Shown here piece by piece: positions 52,543-61,469 of a DNA stretch of 64,000 nt. The stretch is from the sequence record NC_052661.1; one strand, 5' to 3'. Below the pieces are notes generated by a model that saw nothing but the letters and a program-made list of their open reading frames with translations, ran no database searches and was not told the DNA's origin. This DNA is from Escherichia phage ukendt. The translations under genes were made by a program, and so were the position numbers. Every line of letters begins with the position of its first letter. Position 1 is the stretch's first letter.

Positions 52543-52745
52543 AAGCTTTTGCTATATACTCTACTGTAGGATTCTTTTATTGGATTATAGTTATTGTTGG
52601 ATGTTGGTTAGGTTCTTCTGTTGTGATGGGAGAATGGTTAACATACAATGTATTTGAATGGGATGTATTTTGTAGATCATTACTTGTTATATGGACTGTT
52701 ATTGTTTGTTGGATAACTGTTAGTCTAACATTAGATCTATACTGA
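52536..52745 (+). CDS. small membrane protein
   Basis: 69 aa; two TM segments. Confidence 0.45.
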   Translation: MLKAFAIYSTVGFFYWIIVIVGCWLGSSVVMGEWLTYNVFEWDVFCRSLLVIWTVIVCWITVSLTLDLY

Positions 52746-52839
52746 TTAATAGATGGTAGATAGATGATTATAGTTTATCTACCTTCACTTACGTTTCATA
52801 CCTCACTATCGTGAGTAACATGAAACATTATTATATAGA

Positions 52840-52904
52840 AATCTACTACTCGCTATCGCTCGTAAACATATGTTTAGGGTACCATATTTTTTTGAAAAAG
52901 TCAA
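52840..52904. repeat. conserved 65-bp intergenic element, copy 2
   Basis: AATCTACTACTCGCTATCGCTCG, hairpin AAACATATGTTT, then TTAGGGTACCATATTTTTTTGAAAAAGTCAA. Confidence 0.55.
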
Positions 52905-53105
52905 TGCTGGTTCACCTATCAATTATGTGTTTAAGATAAGTCTTACCTATCAATCCAATTCTTACTTTATATTACACCCATAGTAAGACTATTCTTATGG
53001 TTATTAATCACCTTCTTCTGTAGAATGTAATTAGATCCTTGACAAACTCACAAAGCTTGTGTTACATTATGTCTCACAGGTGAATAATACCGAACAGGAG
53101 GAAGA

Positions 53106-53321
53106 ATGAGTTCCAATTTTCTATACAAAGCAAAAGATTCACGAGATGGAGAGAACCATTGGTGGTTGATCACAGAAGATGGTGTTATCATCCTACCGTG
53201 GGACGGAGAGACGAAAGTTCAAATACTAGAGAAAGTAAAAGGCGTTAGTTTTAATGTTAGTCATGACATAACAACTTTCAAAGCTTTTGCTATGAATCCT
53301 AGTCTTATTGCTGAATGGTAA
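53106..53321 (+). CDS. hypothetical protein (C-terminal LIAEW)
   Basis: 71 aa; RBS CAGGAGG. Confidence 0.5.
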   Translation: MSSNFLYKAKDSRDGENHWWLITEDGVIILPWDGETKVQILEKVKGVSFNVSHDITTFKAFAMNPSLIAEW

Positions 53322-53334
53322 TCCAGGAGAAAAT

Positions 53335-53553
53335 ATGACTAAAATGTATGCAGCCGTTGATAAGCTGGATGGGTCTGATTCTGTTTTTATTTTGAATAAA
53401 ATGGGTGTCTTAGTTTATGCCCGAACTTCTCAAAACATAGAGCACCAAGTGGAAGCAGCACAAATTTTAGAGCAAATAACCCCTCCATACCTATACTCAA
53501 ATGTTGAGCGTTTTAACGATGCACTTGGTTTGACGTTAATAGCGGAATGGTAA
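53335..53553 (+). CDS. hypothetical protein (C-terminal LIAEW)
   Basis: Start refined to ATG 53335. Confidence 0.5.
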   Translation: MTKMYAAVDKLDGSDSVFILNKMGVLVYARTSQNIEHQVEAAQILEQITPPYLYSNVERFNDALGLTLIAEW

Positions 53554-53555
53554 TA

Positions 53556-53753
53556 ATGGCGAAAATGTTGGAAATTGATAATGTCGTAACAATCACTACG
53601 TCCATACCTTGTCCTCCTATACCTTGCCCCTATTGTGGTGGTGCAGGATATGTTATGGCAGATGTAGGTCAAATTTACGAGTGTAACCCGTGCAAAACCA
53701 CAGGCTATATCGAAATAGAATCAGAGGAGAAACACTATGAGCCAAAACGCTAA
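53556..53753 (+). CDS. DnaJ-type CxxCxGxG zinc-finger small protein
   Basis: CPYCGGAGY and CNPCKTTGY repeats. Confidence 0.45.
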   Translation: MAKMLEIDNVVTITTSIPCPPIPCPYCGGAGYVMADVGQIYECNPCKTTGYIEIESEEKHYEPKR

Positions 53754-54186
53754 AGAAAAAGAAGTAATCACGGCAATCCGTCAGATGGAAGGTGCCGAAA
53801 ACAATGCTTTTGTTACTAAGATTCTTCTTAATATCTTTGAAGATATTATTTTAAACAATCCTGGTCATAAAGATTATCAGTATGATGTTATGATGGGTGC
53901 TTTGCTTGAGATTAACAAAAACACTTTTGCTGAATATGAGCAACACATGCTTTTACCAGAGGAAGATCAGGATTATTTGTTATCTGGTGCTTTAAGTGCA
54001 CAAGAAAATTTCTACCACGTTCTTAATATGGCTTATGCAGATGAACTGGCTGTATCCCTTGAAGAGCGGATTCAAATGGTCCGTGATGTAATGAATGAAC
54101 AGATCCAAGAAGTTGAAGATTTGGTAGCAGAACCTTTAGCAGAAGTTCGTGCAGCTATTGAAAAACAAAAAGGAACTCAATCATGA
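53737..54186 (+). CDS. hypothetical protein
   Basis: 149 aa ORF. Confidence 0.5.
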   Translation: MSQNAKEKEVITAIRQMEGAENNAFVTKILLNIFEDIILNNPGHKDYQYDVMMGALLEINKNTFAEYEQHMLLPEEDQDYLLSGALSAQENFYHVLNMAYADELAVSLEERIQMVRDVMNEQIQEVEDLVAEPLAEVRAAIEKQKGTQS

Positions 54187-54350
54187 TGCAAGTAGGTGAT
54201 GTGGTTTGTCTTAAAGGTGCAAACAAACAAATGACAGTAATAGAAAGTTATGGCGAATCTTGTAAAGTAACGTGGTTCGATGAAAACGGAGAGTTGCAAC
54301 ACGCTATATTCGATCAAAAAGCTTTGCGGAAGGTTGAAGAAAAAGAATGA
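54183..54350 (+). CDS. hypothetical small protein
   Basis: 55 aa ORF not in track. Confidence 0.3.
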   Translation: MMQVGDVVCLKGANKQMTVIESYGESCKVTWFDENGELQHAIFDQKALRKVEEKE

Positions 54351-54610
54351 GCTATCCGTCAATATTCTTCTGTTTTGTAGATCTTGAAAACGAATCTTTA
54401 ATCGTTGATAGTGATGGTTACTTCACTTATTGGGAATCCGAGCACGAAACTATAAGTGTAGTGAAAGAAATTATGCAAACTAATCCAAACCTACCAGCAC
54501 ATAAGTACGGTATTGCAAAAGTGTTTGTTACTAAAACAGAGTACACAAAAGAGCGAAGCACTTTGTATCATAATATTGAAGTGATTCACTATTTCAAAGA
54601 TGTTATTTAG
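54347..54610 (+). CDS. hypothetical protein
   Basis: 87 aa ORF. Confidence 0.5.
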   Translation: MSYPSIFFCFVDLENESLIVDSDGYFTYWESEHETISVVKEIMQTNPNLPAHKYGIAKVFVTKTEYTKERSTLYHNIEVIHYFKDVI

Positions 54611-54618
54611 GAGGTTAT

Positions 54619-55227
54619 ATGGAAGAGAAGATTTGGGATGGTAAAGATCCTTTAGAAGTGGGACATGTAGCACGTGTCAAAAAATCTACTACAGGCCCTG
54701 GTTTTTCTGGTTTGTATCATATACCAGAAGAGGGTCAGCACGTTACAATTTTGGCTCGTGACAAACAAAACGGATCAACACCTGTGTGGATTGTTCGTTG
54801 GTATGACAAAGATCTTAACATTTGCTTGTCACCTATTATGGCTCATTTGCTGGAAGCCCCTTGCTCTGAAGAAGCTCTCATTTTTGTTTCGGCTTTTCAG
54901 AAAGCCACAGGTTTAACATTAGATGCAAAAGATGTGCAAAAAGCATTTGACATTATTCAGGAAGACAACGATACTACATCTAACGACGAACTGGTTGAAG
55001 TTACAATCTTATCTTCAGCAGATATTCGAGAGATTGATAATTGTGATTTTCCAATCACATTTAAAATGTCACAGAAAGACGTGCAGTCATCTGGAAGTTG
55101 TTTTGGTATACCTCGTTGGTTTTTTGATTCTATCAAAAATTCTACTACAGAGGGATCAGATTATGATCAAGATGACATGCTTTGGTTCTTAAAAAACCGA
55201 GAGATTGTTCTCTCACCACTTAAGTAA
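54619..55227 (+). CDS. hypothetical protein
   Basis: 202 aa; RBS AGGAGG. Confidence 0.5.
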   Translation: MEEKIWDGKDPLEVGHVARVKKSTTGPGFSGLYHIPEEGQHVTILARDKQNGSTPVWIVRWYDKDLNICLSPIMAHLLEAPCSEEALIFVSAFQKATGLTLDAKDVQKAFDIIQEDNDTTSNDELVEVTILSSADIREIDNCDFPITFKMSQKDVQSSGSCFGIPRWFFDSIKNSTTEGSDYDQDDMLWFLKNREIVLSPLK

Positions 55228-55236
55228 GGAGAAATA

Positions 55237-55338
55237 ATGGTTTCATTTATCGTAGGTGTAGTTGTAGGCTATCTTATTAACAAATATCAAGACGTTATCA
55301 CGGCAAAAGTAAAAGACATTTTAGACTCATCTAAATAA
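55237..55338 (+). CDS. small hydrophobic peptide
   Basis: 33 aa ORF not in track; RBS AAGGAGA. Confidence 0.3.
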   Translation: MVSFIVGVVVGYLINKYQDVITAKVKDILDSSK

Positions 55339-55390
55339 TCTATCAAAGCTGCATCTTCAATAGGTGCAGCCTTTTAAAAGGAGATACGGC

Positions 55391-55564
55391 ATGACTAAAC
55401 GCACTGATTTTAAATGTATGCATTGTGGGAAATCTTTTGGGGATCATCAAGCTCGCACATTCAATTGTCCACGTAAAGGTCGCGGAAATTTTAAAGGTTT
55501 TAATCCCGCACATGTTTATTCTCCAGATTACGATAAACCAGAAGAAGAAAAATTTGTTATTTAA
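55391..55564 (+). CDS. zinc-finger small protein
   Basis: Start refined to ATG 55391; CMHCG...NCPRKG. Confidence 0.45.
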   Translation: MTKRTDFKCMHCGKSFGDHQARTFNCPRKGRGNFKGFNPAHVYSPDYDKPEEEKFVI

Positions 55565-55576
55565 TAAGGAGGTAAT

Positions 55577-55858
55577 ATGGAACTCGTTCAAGAACTGTAT
55601 AATGCTTTAGGAGCAAAAGGAAAAGATTGGCCCGAACATGCGCTTATTGCTATAAGAGACTCCGATGGTGAGATTAAGTTTTCAAGCGTAAGTAAAGAGC
55701 ACATTGTACAAACAAAACTGGGTATTTATATGCGTGGAACTTATTGCTTATTCAACACCAGAATGGTAGAAGCCCCTGTTATCGAGGATGGAACAAAAGG
55801 TTGCCCCACAATCGTAACAAAAGCTGAATATGAGAAGTTTTTCTACGCTAAGGCTTGA
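55577..55858 (+). CDS. hypothetical protein
   Basis: 93 aa; followed by terminator. Confidence 0.5.
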   Translation: MELVQELYNALGAKGKDWPEHALIAIRDSDGEIKFSSVSKEHIVQTKLGIYMRGTYCLFNTRMVEAPVIEDGTKGCPTIVTKAEYEKFFYAKA

Positions 55859-55902
55859 CACAGAAACAATACTATAGGATAGTGATTCTATCGTAGCAAT
55901 AG

Positions 55903-55925
55903 AACCCGCTTCGGCGGGTTTTTTC
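55903..55925 (+). terminator. rho-independent terminator
   Basis: AACCCGC-TTCG-GCGGGTT followed by TTTTC. Confidence 0.6.
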
Positions 55926-55949
55926 ATATCTGTAGCAATAGGAGGTCGT

Positions 55950-56180
55950 GTGTTAAATAAAATCGAAGAAGGTTGTATGGCATTTTTGGTAGATAACCCG
56001 TTTCCGTTTATGGTTAAGATCCATGTAGGAGAGTATTTAGGTAATGACGAATGGGATTGTAGTATCAATAGCGAAATGCACTACTACCAACCAACAATAC
56101 TTAAGACGGATCAAATGGCGCGTATTACAGTAGAGGATGAATTGATCATTGAGTTATACGAGAGAGCACTGCACAAATAA
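55950..56180 (+). CDS. hypothetical protein
   Basis: 76 aa; last gene of plus block. Confidence 0.45.
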   Translation: MLNKIEEGCMAFLVDNPFPFMVKIHVGEYLGNDEWDCSINSEMHYYQPTILKTDQMARITVEDELIIELYERALHK

Positions 56181-56221
56181 GCTAGAACCCACCTAAATCG
56201 AACAGAGACGCTCTAAAATAG

Positions 56222-56250
56222 AAAAGGCACCCACTTGGGTGCCTTTGTTT
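56222..56250. terminator. bidirectional rho-independent terminator at the convergent junction
   Basis: AGGCACCCA...TGGGTGCCT hairpin flanked by an A-run upstream and a T-run downstream. Confidence 0.6.
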
Positions 56251-56522
56251 TATTCTTCGTTAGATTGCGTTTCAGATGCGTTAAATTCGGTTTCAGTACA
56301 ACTTGCTAGGTAACTTATATTTTGCATCACTACAACTACAGGTGTTTGAAGTTTATCTTCTAGCCCCGCAGCTACTTGAGCCAAGGCATTATCAATATTT
56401 GATTTCCTAACACCTGTTCCATGTCCTGTTGCCAAGTAAAGATTACCTTCCCCTTTTTGTGTAGCATTAGCAAAGTAGTAAACGTAATGTGCAAGGTAGT
56501 AATCACGGATTTCTTCAGTCAT
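56250..56522 (-). CDS. hypothetical protein
   Basis: 90 aa ORF between two terminators. Confidence 0.45.
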   Translation of the reverse strand: MTEEIRDYYLAHYVYYFANATQKGEGNLYLATGHGTGVRKSNIDNALAQVAAGLEDKLQTPVVVVMQNISYLASCTETEFNASETQSNEE

Positions 56523-56539
56523 TTTATTCTCCTAATAAG

Positions 56540-56562
56540 AAAGGGGCCGAAGCCCCTTGAGT
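56540..56562 (-). terminator. rho-independent terminator after the Sir2 gene
   Basis: AAGGGGC-CGAA-GCCCCTT hairpin. Confidence 0.45.
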
Positions 56563-56565
56563 GGT

Positions 56566-57366
56566 TTATTTGTTTAAATGGTCTTCAACCATTTTGATAA
56601 AGCCTTCATCACTGAAGACTGTTCCTGCTTTCTCTCGGTAGACAAGCACTCCACGTTCTTCGTAGAGAGTTTGTTCTACAAAATTCAAACCTGGGTTAAC
56701 TACAACCATCTTAACCCCAATATTCAGGGCAGGGAAGAGTTCCCAGTTGAAGTTGATTACTTGGTTAGAGCAGCCTACAACGATAACCATATCTTGTGAT
56801 GTTAGTTGATCCAGTTTGTGATACATGTCTGTGTAGAGCGGTGCATTCTCACCAAAAAACACCACATTAGGCTTCACATATTTGTAATCGTCTACATCAA
56901 TAGCTGCGTAACCCACATCTTTGATAATTTTGTTATCAACAACAACTTCTGGCAAGAAACCATGAACGTGCAATATTTCTTCTCTATCGATTCCAGCGCG
57001 TTCTAATAGATCGTCAACGTTAGTAGTGATGTTAATAATCCTTTCTGCACCGTATTTTTCGAACCATTCTCCAATCTGAAGATGTGCTGGATTCGGGTCA
57101 ACTTTCTCTAATTCCACGCGACGTTTATTGTAGAAGTCGTGAGTTTTACGGTAGAGGTTATATCCTTCCACATCTAAGCCACCCATAGCATCAGGAATAC
57201 CCTGTTCTTGCTGATAACCGTCACGGAAGTTGAAAATGTCACAGACTTCTGTCAAATCGTATTCATCCCATAATGCCTTTCCAGAATCTGTTTCTGTGCG
57301 AAATGTTTGGATTCCGCTGTCAGCACTTAGTCCCGCACCACTAATAAAATATACACGTCTTGGCAT
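56566..57366 (-). CDS. Sir2-family (sirtuin-like) NAD-dependent protein
   Basis: 266 aa; FISGAGLSADSGIQTFR, HG, NVVFFGEN and VVGCSN motifs; no obvious zinc-ribbon Cys4. Confidence 0.6.
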   Translation of the reverse strand: MPRRVYFISGAGLSADSGIQTFRTETDSGKALWDEYDLTEVCDIFNFRDGYQQEQGIPDAMGGLDVEGYNLYRKTHDFYNKRRVELEKVDPNPAHLQIGEWFEKYGAERIINITTNVDDLLERAGIDREEILHVHGFLPEVVVDNKIIKDVGYAAIDVDDYKYVKPNVVFFGENAPLYTDMYHKLDQLTSQDMVIVVGCSNQVINFNWELFPALNIGVKMVVVNPGLNFVEQTLYEERGVLVYREKAGTVFSDEGFIKMVEDHLNK

Positions 57367-57839
57367 TATTCGTCCTCCTCAAATGGATCATAAGAATCAT
57401 ATTCGTAAGTATCATCTTCTGAAAATTCTACTTCAAAATAAATATCAAACTCTGCAAATAGACAGAGGATGTTAGACATGCTATAATAATTATCGTAGGC
57501 AGATTCAGCTTCATAATAAACATAAAGCAAATGGTTAGCCTTATCATCTTCCAAATATTTCCCGTCTGCATAAGCATAATCCGCATATGCTTTACCTGCA
57601 TCTTCTACAAAGGAACGATCAAGCAGAGTAGGAAAGGGTTTCTCTTTTTCTTTTAGTTTGCTCACCAACCAATGTGCAATCTCACTCCAGTCTGCATCCA
57701 TTCCACTGAAACAACTGGCACCTTCACCAAATTCTGCTTCTCCTAAGTCCCCTTTAATAGTAACTACAGTAGAGCTATTGTAACCGCAATCTTCACAGTC
57801 TGAATAACTATTGTGGACATTAATTTCTACTTGAAACAT
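57366..57839 (-). CDS. highly acidic protein
   Basis: 157 aa Asp/Glu/Tyr-rich; stop overlaps Sir2 start. Confidence 0.5.
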   Translation of the reverse strand: MFQVEINVHNSYSDCEDCGYNSSTVVTIKGDLGEAEFGEGASCFSGMDADWSEIAHWLVSKLKEKEKPFPTLLDRSFVEDAGKAYADYAYADGKYLEDDKANHLLYVYYEAESAYDNYYSMSNILCLFAEFDIYFEVEFSEDDTYEYDSYDPFEEDE

Positions 57840-57854
57840 ATTCCCTCCTATAAA

Positions 57855-57880
57855 GAAAAGCCCCCTGAAACAGGAGGCTT
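57855..57880 (-). terminator. rho-independent terminator
   Basis: AGCCTCCTG-ttt-CAGGGGGCT hairpin with one mismatch, then TTTTCTTTAT on the minus strand. Confidence 0.45.
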
Positions 57881-57896
57881 TGTTCAGATGTTGGCA

Positions 57897-58550
57897 CTAT
57901 ACCAGACTTTGTAGGTATTTGTCAAGGGCTTCTTGATCACCTTGGCAAACATAGCAACGGAAGTCTTGAGACGAAGGTTGTTTATTTTCATCCCAATCCC
58001 AATAAACATTACCTTTATAACGTGAGCCAGGAAACTCAAAAGAGGCTGTATGTGTAATGTATCCTGGGCCACCAGTGAAATCACAGAATGAGAATTGAGG
58101 GTATGCCGCCTTTACTGCCTCAATAAACCAAGCTTTACGATCTAATGCTTCATTGATGCTATATGCATGTCTCTCCATTTCTTCCCAAGTTTTCCAGACA
58201 CTTCTCTCATCAGGAGAAAAGACAAGCCATTCTGGAAGGTAGAGAGTGTCATAGTAATCATCATATTCGATCTCGGAGGCGCACGAAGCTGACTCCTCCA
58301 GTTTTGAGTAATCAAAAGCCGAATATACCCACCAACCATCTTCCAGTAAGGCTTTGATAGGGACGAAGCCTTTATCAACATATTGATCGAATTGTTTGAC
58401 ACGGTGGCTTGTGCAGTCTTCAAACTCACATTCTAAACGATAGGCACCTTTTCGACGAGCCTCAAGACCGTGTGTACTGAAAATAACAACACTTCCTTCA
58501 CCATCGTTACGATCTACTTGATAAGCAACTACTGGTTTTGAATTTGACAT
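57897..58550 (-). CDS. hypothetical protein
   Basis: 217 aa ORF. Confidence 0.5.
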   Translation of the reverse strand: MSNSKPVVAYQVDRNDGEGSVVIFSTHGLEARRKGAYRLECEFEDCTSHRVKQFDQYVDKGFVPIKALLEDGWWVYSAFDYSKLEESASCASEIEYDDYYDTLYLPEWLVFSPDERSVWKTWEEMERHAYSINEALDRKAWFIEAVKAAYPQFSFCDFTGGPGYITHTASFEFPGSRYKGNVYWDWDENKQPSSQDFRCYVCQGDQEALDKYLQSLV

Positions 58551-59275
58551 TATTTCTCCTTATCTAGAAGATTGTTAGACAAAAACACGGCACGAGCAAA
58601 ACCACGTGCGGTTAGGGATCTAAGTTGTTTTGTTTTTGCACTAGCTCCACCTAAGCTTTTCCAACCCCAGAAGCAGCCTATATGATCTACTGGTTTCTTC
58701 ACTGGTTGAACAAAACCATTGCCGTGCCAAATACAAGTTTTCTTTGTATACCCATCACGGGTAGGCATTTTAGGATGAAAGCTCCCTTCCTCTTCAAACA
58801 AATACCCACCATACTCATAAGGATCAAAGTAAAAATCGGGTTTACGCCATAAGGTTGAAAGTTTACCTACTGGGTTCTCAATCATCCAAGGAACATTATA
58901 TTTGTTACCCAAAGCTTCCACTACACGAATATTAGCTAAAGCTTCATCCAATTCCTCTGTGCTACGTTCGTGTTTGCTACCACTACCTGCTAACATAGTG
59001 CAAGGTGGAAATCCAAAAATAATATCGGGTTTAGGTATCCCATGATCTTCAGGGTTGAATGTAGAATCTATCCAAGCATTCACATAGGTTATGTTTGGGT
59101 GCTCCATCCTAACCTCGTATTTACCGTGATCCCCTTCATCAGCGTTTACACAAAAACACTTGTGACCTGCTTCGGCATAACGTAACACCATGATCCCAGA
59201 TCCGTCAAACATAGACAAAACTGTTTTACTCATTACCCCTCCATTCAAGACAAGCCATAACTTTACGCCAATCAC
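58550..59275 (-). CDS. C5-cytosine methyltransferase-like protein
   Basis: LSMFDGSGI (motif I-like), FGFPPCT (PC motif-like), IENPVG (ENV-like); short, no clear target-recognition domain. Confidence 0.4.
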   Translation of the reverse strand: MIGVKLWLVLNGGVMSKTVLSMFDGSGIMVLRYAEAGHKCFCVNADEGDHGKYEVRMEHPNITYVNAWIDSTFNPEDHGIPKPDIIFGFPPCTMLAGSGSKHERSTEELDEALANIRVVEALGNKYNVPWMIENPVGKLSTLWRKPDFYFDPYEYGGYLFEEEGSFHPKMPTRDGYTKKTCIWHGNGFVQPVKKPVDHIGCFWGWKSLGGASAKTKQLRSLTARGFARAVFLSNNLLDKEK

Positions 59276-59639
59276 TTTCTGTAAGAAAAATCTCGTTTGC
59301 TTTCTTCCACAAATCTAAATCGTGAAGGGTTGGAATACGATATGTTAGTTCACAGAATCTATGCTCTTCTTCTGTAATATAACCAAAATGCAGAGCCACA
59401 TCGTGAAACCAACACCAACCATGCATCTCTCGAACAACATGGTCATGCTGAGACATTGTTTTATGCCGTAAACCTAACCAACAAGGAACAGATACTTTAG
59501 TAGTCTTTAATCTGTGATCAACAATATTAGAGTATTCAATAATAGCTGTCAGTTTCAATCGTGCTTTTTCTAAATCCTCGTGGGTCACTTTGAAATAACT
59601 TTCTGAAAGATATCCACACATATTAATAACCTCCTTCAA
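59226..59639 (-). CDS. hypothetical protein
   Basis: 137 aa ORF. Confidence 0.45.
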   Translation of the reverse strand: MKEVINMCGYLSESYFKVTHEDLEKARLKLTAIIEYSNIVDHRLKTTKVSVPCWLGLRHKTMSQHDHVVREMHGWCWFHDVALHFGYITEEEHRFCELTYRIPTLHDLDLWKKANEIFLTESDWRKVMACLEWRGNE

Positions 59640-60564
59640 AAGGCTTAACTACATGTTGATTAGCTTTAAAACGTTCAACATAGTCGTTTTCACCCATGTT
59701 TTCATATAGCTTAGTAACAACATAAAAGTTTTCCCAAGCATATTCCCTAAACCAACCACTAGTGATGGATGTGCAGACTTTAGATAAAGCCATTATAAAA
59801 CTTTGCTTAGGGGTTGGACCTCCGATCTCTCCACCGAAAGGAATTTGTGAACGTTCCAAAGCCAAAACACACGCTTCTTCATAAACACCTAACAGGCGCA
59901 CATGTTTTGGTTGAGCAAAAAACTTTTCTTTGCTGGTCATAACTTCACTTCCATCCTTCATATAAGATTTATATGCTGGAGCATCCATTACTGCGATTGC
60001 TTCATGAATAGAGTCATGATCATAAACATACGGAACCTCATCACCTTTAAAGAAGTCTTTACTTCTCACGTTTAAGTTTGGATGAGAGTAAGTGTATGTT
60101 TCTTTCTCACGCAACTCATAAATACTCTTAAGATTTTCTGGGATCTTTGCGCCTAGTGATCGCATGAAATGAATATCTTTCATAGTTTTAAAGAAGTGAG
60201 GACTATCCTTTTTAAAACGATGACTCATTTTAAGAAGGTAGAGCACATCTAAAGGAGCAACAACGTGTCCAGCGTAAGTTCGACGAATATCATCAGAGTC
60301 TTCACAATAACTAATCAAAGCTTCTGTGCTATCTCCTTGAGAAGCAATATCGTATTCCAAGTGTGCACCAGCTATCATTTTGACATGGCCCTTGTTCCCT
60401 TTACGCTCTACAAGTTCAACAAACTCATCTTGAGAGAACATTTTTGATAATTCTTCCCACTCTTGTTCTGTACAGAGATAATCTAAATCTACACAAGGGC
60501 GATACAAGTCTTTTCCCATGTCCATAGCATGAATTTGTAATGCACGGCTACCAATTAACACCAT
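59623..60564 (-). CDS. hypothetical protein (possible nucleotidyltransferase fold)
   Basis: 313 aa; N-terminal GS...DLD pattern; sigma70-like promoter upstream. Confidence 0.45.
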   Translation of the reverse strand: MVLIGSRALQIHAMDMGKDLYRPCVDLDYLCTEQEWEELSKMFSQDEFVELVERKGNKGHVKMIAGAHLEYDIASQGDSTEALISYCEDSDDIRRTYAGHVVAPLDVLYLLKMSHRFKKDSPHFFKTMKDIHFMRSLGAKIPENLKSIYELREKETYTYSHPNLNVRSKDFFKGDEVPYVYDHDSIHEAIAVMDAPAYKSYMKDGSEVMTSKEKFFAQPKHVRLLGVYEEACVLALERSQIPFGGEIGGPTPKQSFIMALSKVCTSITSGWFREYAWENFYVVTKLYENMGENDYVERFKANQHVVKPFEGGY

Positions 60565-60589
60565 AATATTTCTCCTCTATTGGTTGATA

Positions 60590-60618
60590 GGTTAAGTTTA
60601 TCAAGCTTCCAGATTTCT
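60590..60618 (-). promoter_or_regulatory. sigma70-like promoter
   Basis: On the minus strand: TTGACA, 17 nt, TAAACT, upstream of the gene starting at 60564. Confidence 0.45.
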
Positions 60619-60622
60619 GTCA

Positions 60623-60650
60623 ATAAAAAACCCGCCGAAGCGGGTTATTA
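60623..60650 (-). terminator. rho-independent terminator
   Basis: AACCCGC-TTCG-GCGGGTT followed by TTTTTTATTG on the minus strand. Confidence 0.6.
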
Positions 60651-60654
60651 TTTA

Positions 60655-60927
60655 CTAACACATTGAGGAAGAAGAGATCCAAACACCTCTTGTGGTTAAA
60701 CCATTTTCATCCAACTCTACACCATAATCTTCACAAATGAAATCAATATAGTGATCTGCGGCTGGCGTTCCTGTAGGGTAATAAGTTTCTCCGTTACCGT
60801 AGTCACCTATCCAAGCTTGTTCCTGAAACTGTTCACAAAGTTCTTCAATCTCCTTACGAAACTTTCTTTGTGCTTGTTCCATCTCTTTAACTTTCTTTTT
60901 TATCAGCAGTTCGCCTTCAGACTCCAC
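60655..60927 (-). CDS. small protein, C-terminal W-x-SSS-C family
   Basis: 90 aa; ends GVWISSSSMC. Confidence 0.5.
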   Translation of the reverse strand: MESEGELLIKKKVKEMEQAQRKFRKEIEELCEQFQEQAWIGDYGNGETYYPTGTPAADHYIDFICEDYGVELDENGLTTRGVWISSSSMC

Positions 60928-60936
60928 AATCTCTCC

Positions 60937-61197
60937 TTAACAGCTACTACTGTGCCAAACGCCTTGAGAATTAACGACGAAACCATCATCACCTTCACCA
61001 TAACAAGAAGAGGATTGCCAATCTTCAAAACAGATTGCGTCATTTTCTAAACTAAGACCAAAACCAGCATCTTCAGCTTCTTTTGTAAGTTCGTCCACTA
61101 AAGCCATAATAGCTTGGGCTTTTTCAGTTAATTCTTCAACATTACGATCACTCATTAGTATTTCTCCTCTGGTTGGAAAACTGAACGACAAGCCCAC
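60937..61197 (-). CDS. small protein, C-terminal W-x-SSS-C family
   Basis: 86 aa; ends GVWHSSSC. Confidence 0.5.
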   Translation of the reverse strand: MGLSFSFPTRGEILMSDRNVEELTEKAQAIMALVDELTKEAEDAGFGLSLENDAICFEDWQSSSCYGEGDDGFVVNSQGVWHSSSC

Positions 61198-61469
61198 ATA
61201 CTAGCTTCTTTTAAATGTTTAATAGCACAACGGATTTGATCAATACGTTCGTATGCAAGATCTAATTCTTTTTCTGTGCCGTCAAAAGACCCATGATATG
61301 CTTCACAATACTCTTCCTCTAAAGCTTTGAAGATTAAACCTAAACGCTCTTCTGCATCTTTAATAGCGTTAACCTTGCCAATCTTATCGTCAGTATGCGC
61401 CTTATAACCTTTGATATCTTCGATTCCCACTTTACCTCCTATTAACAACTTAAAGAAGATGGGTGCCAA
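61155..61469 (-). CDS. hypothetical protein
   Basis: 104 aa ORF. Confidence 0.45.
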   Translation of the reverse strand: MAPIFFKLLIGGKVGIEDIKGYKAHTDDKIGKVNAIKDAEERLGLIFKALEEEYCEAYHGSFDGTEKELDLAYERIDQIRCAIKHLKEASMWACRSVFQPEEKY

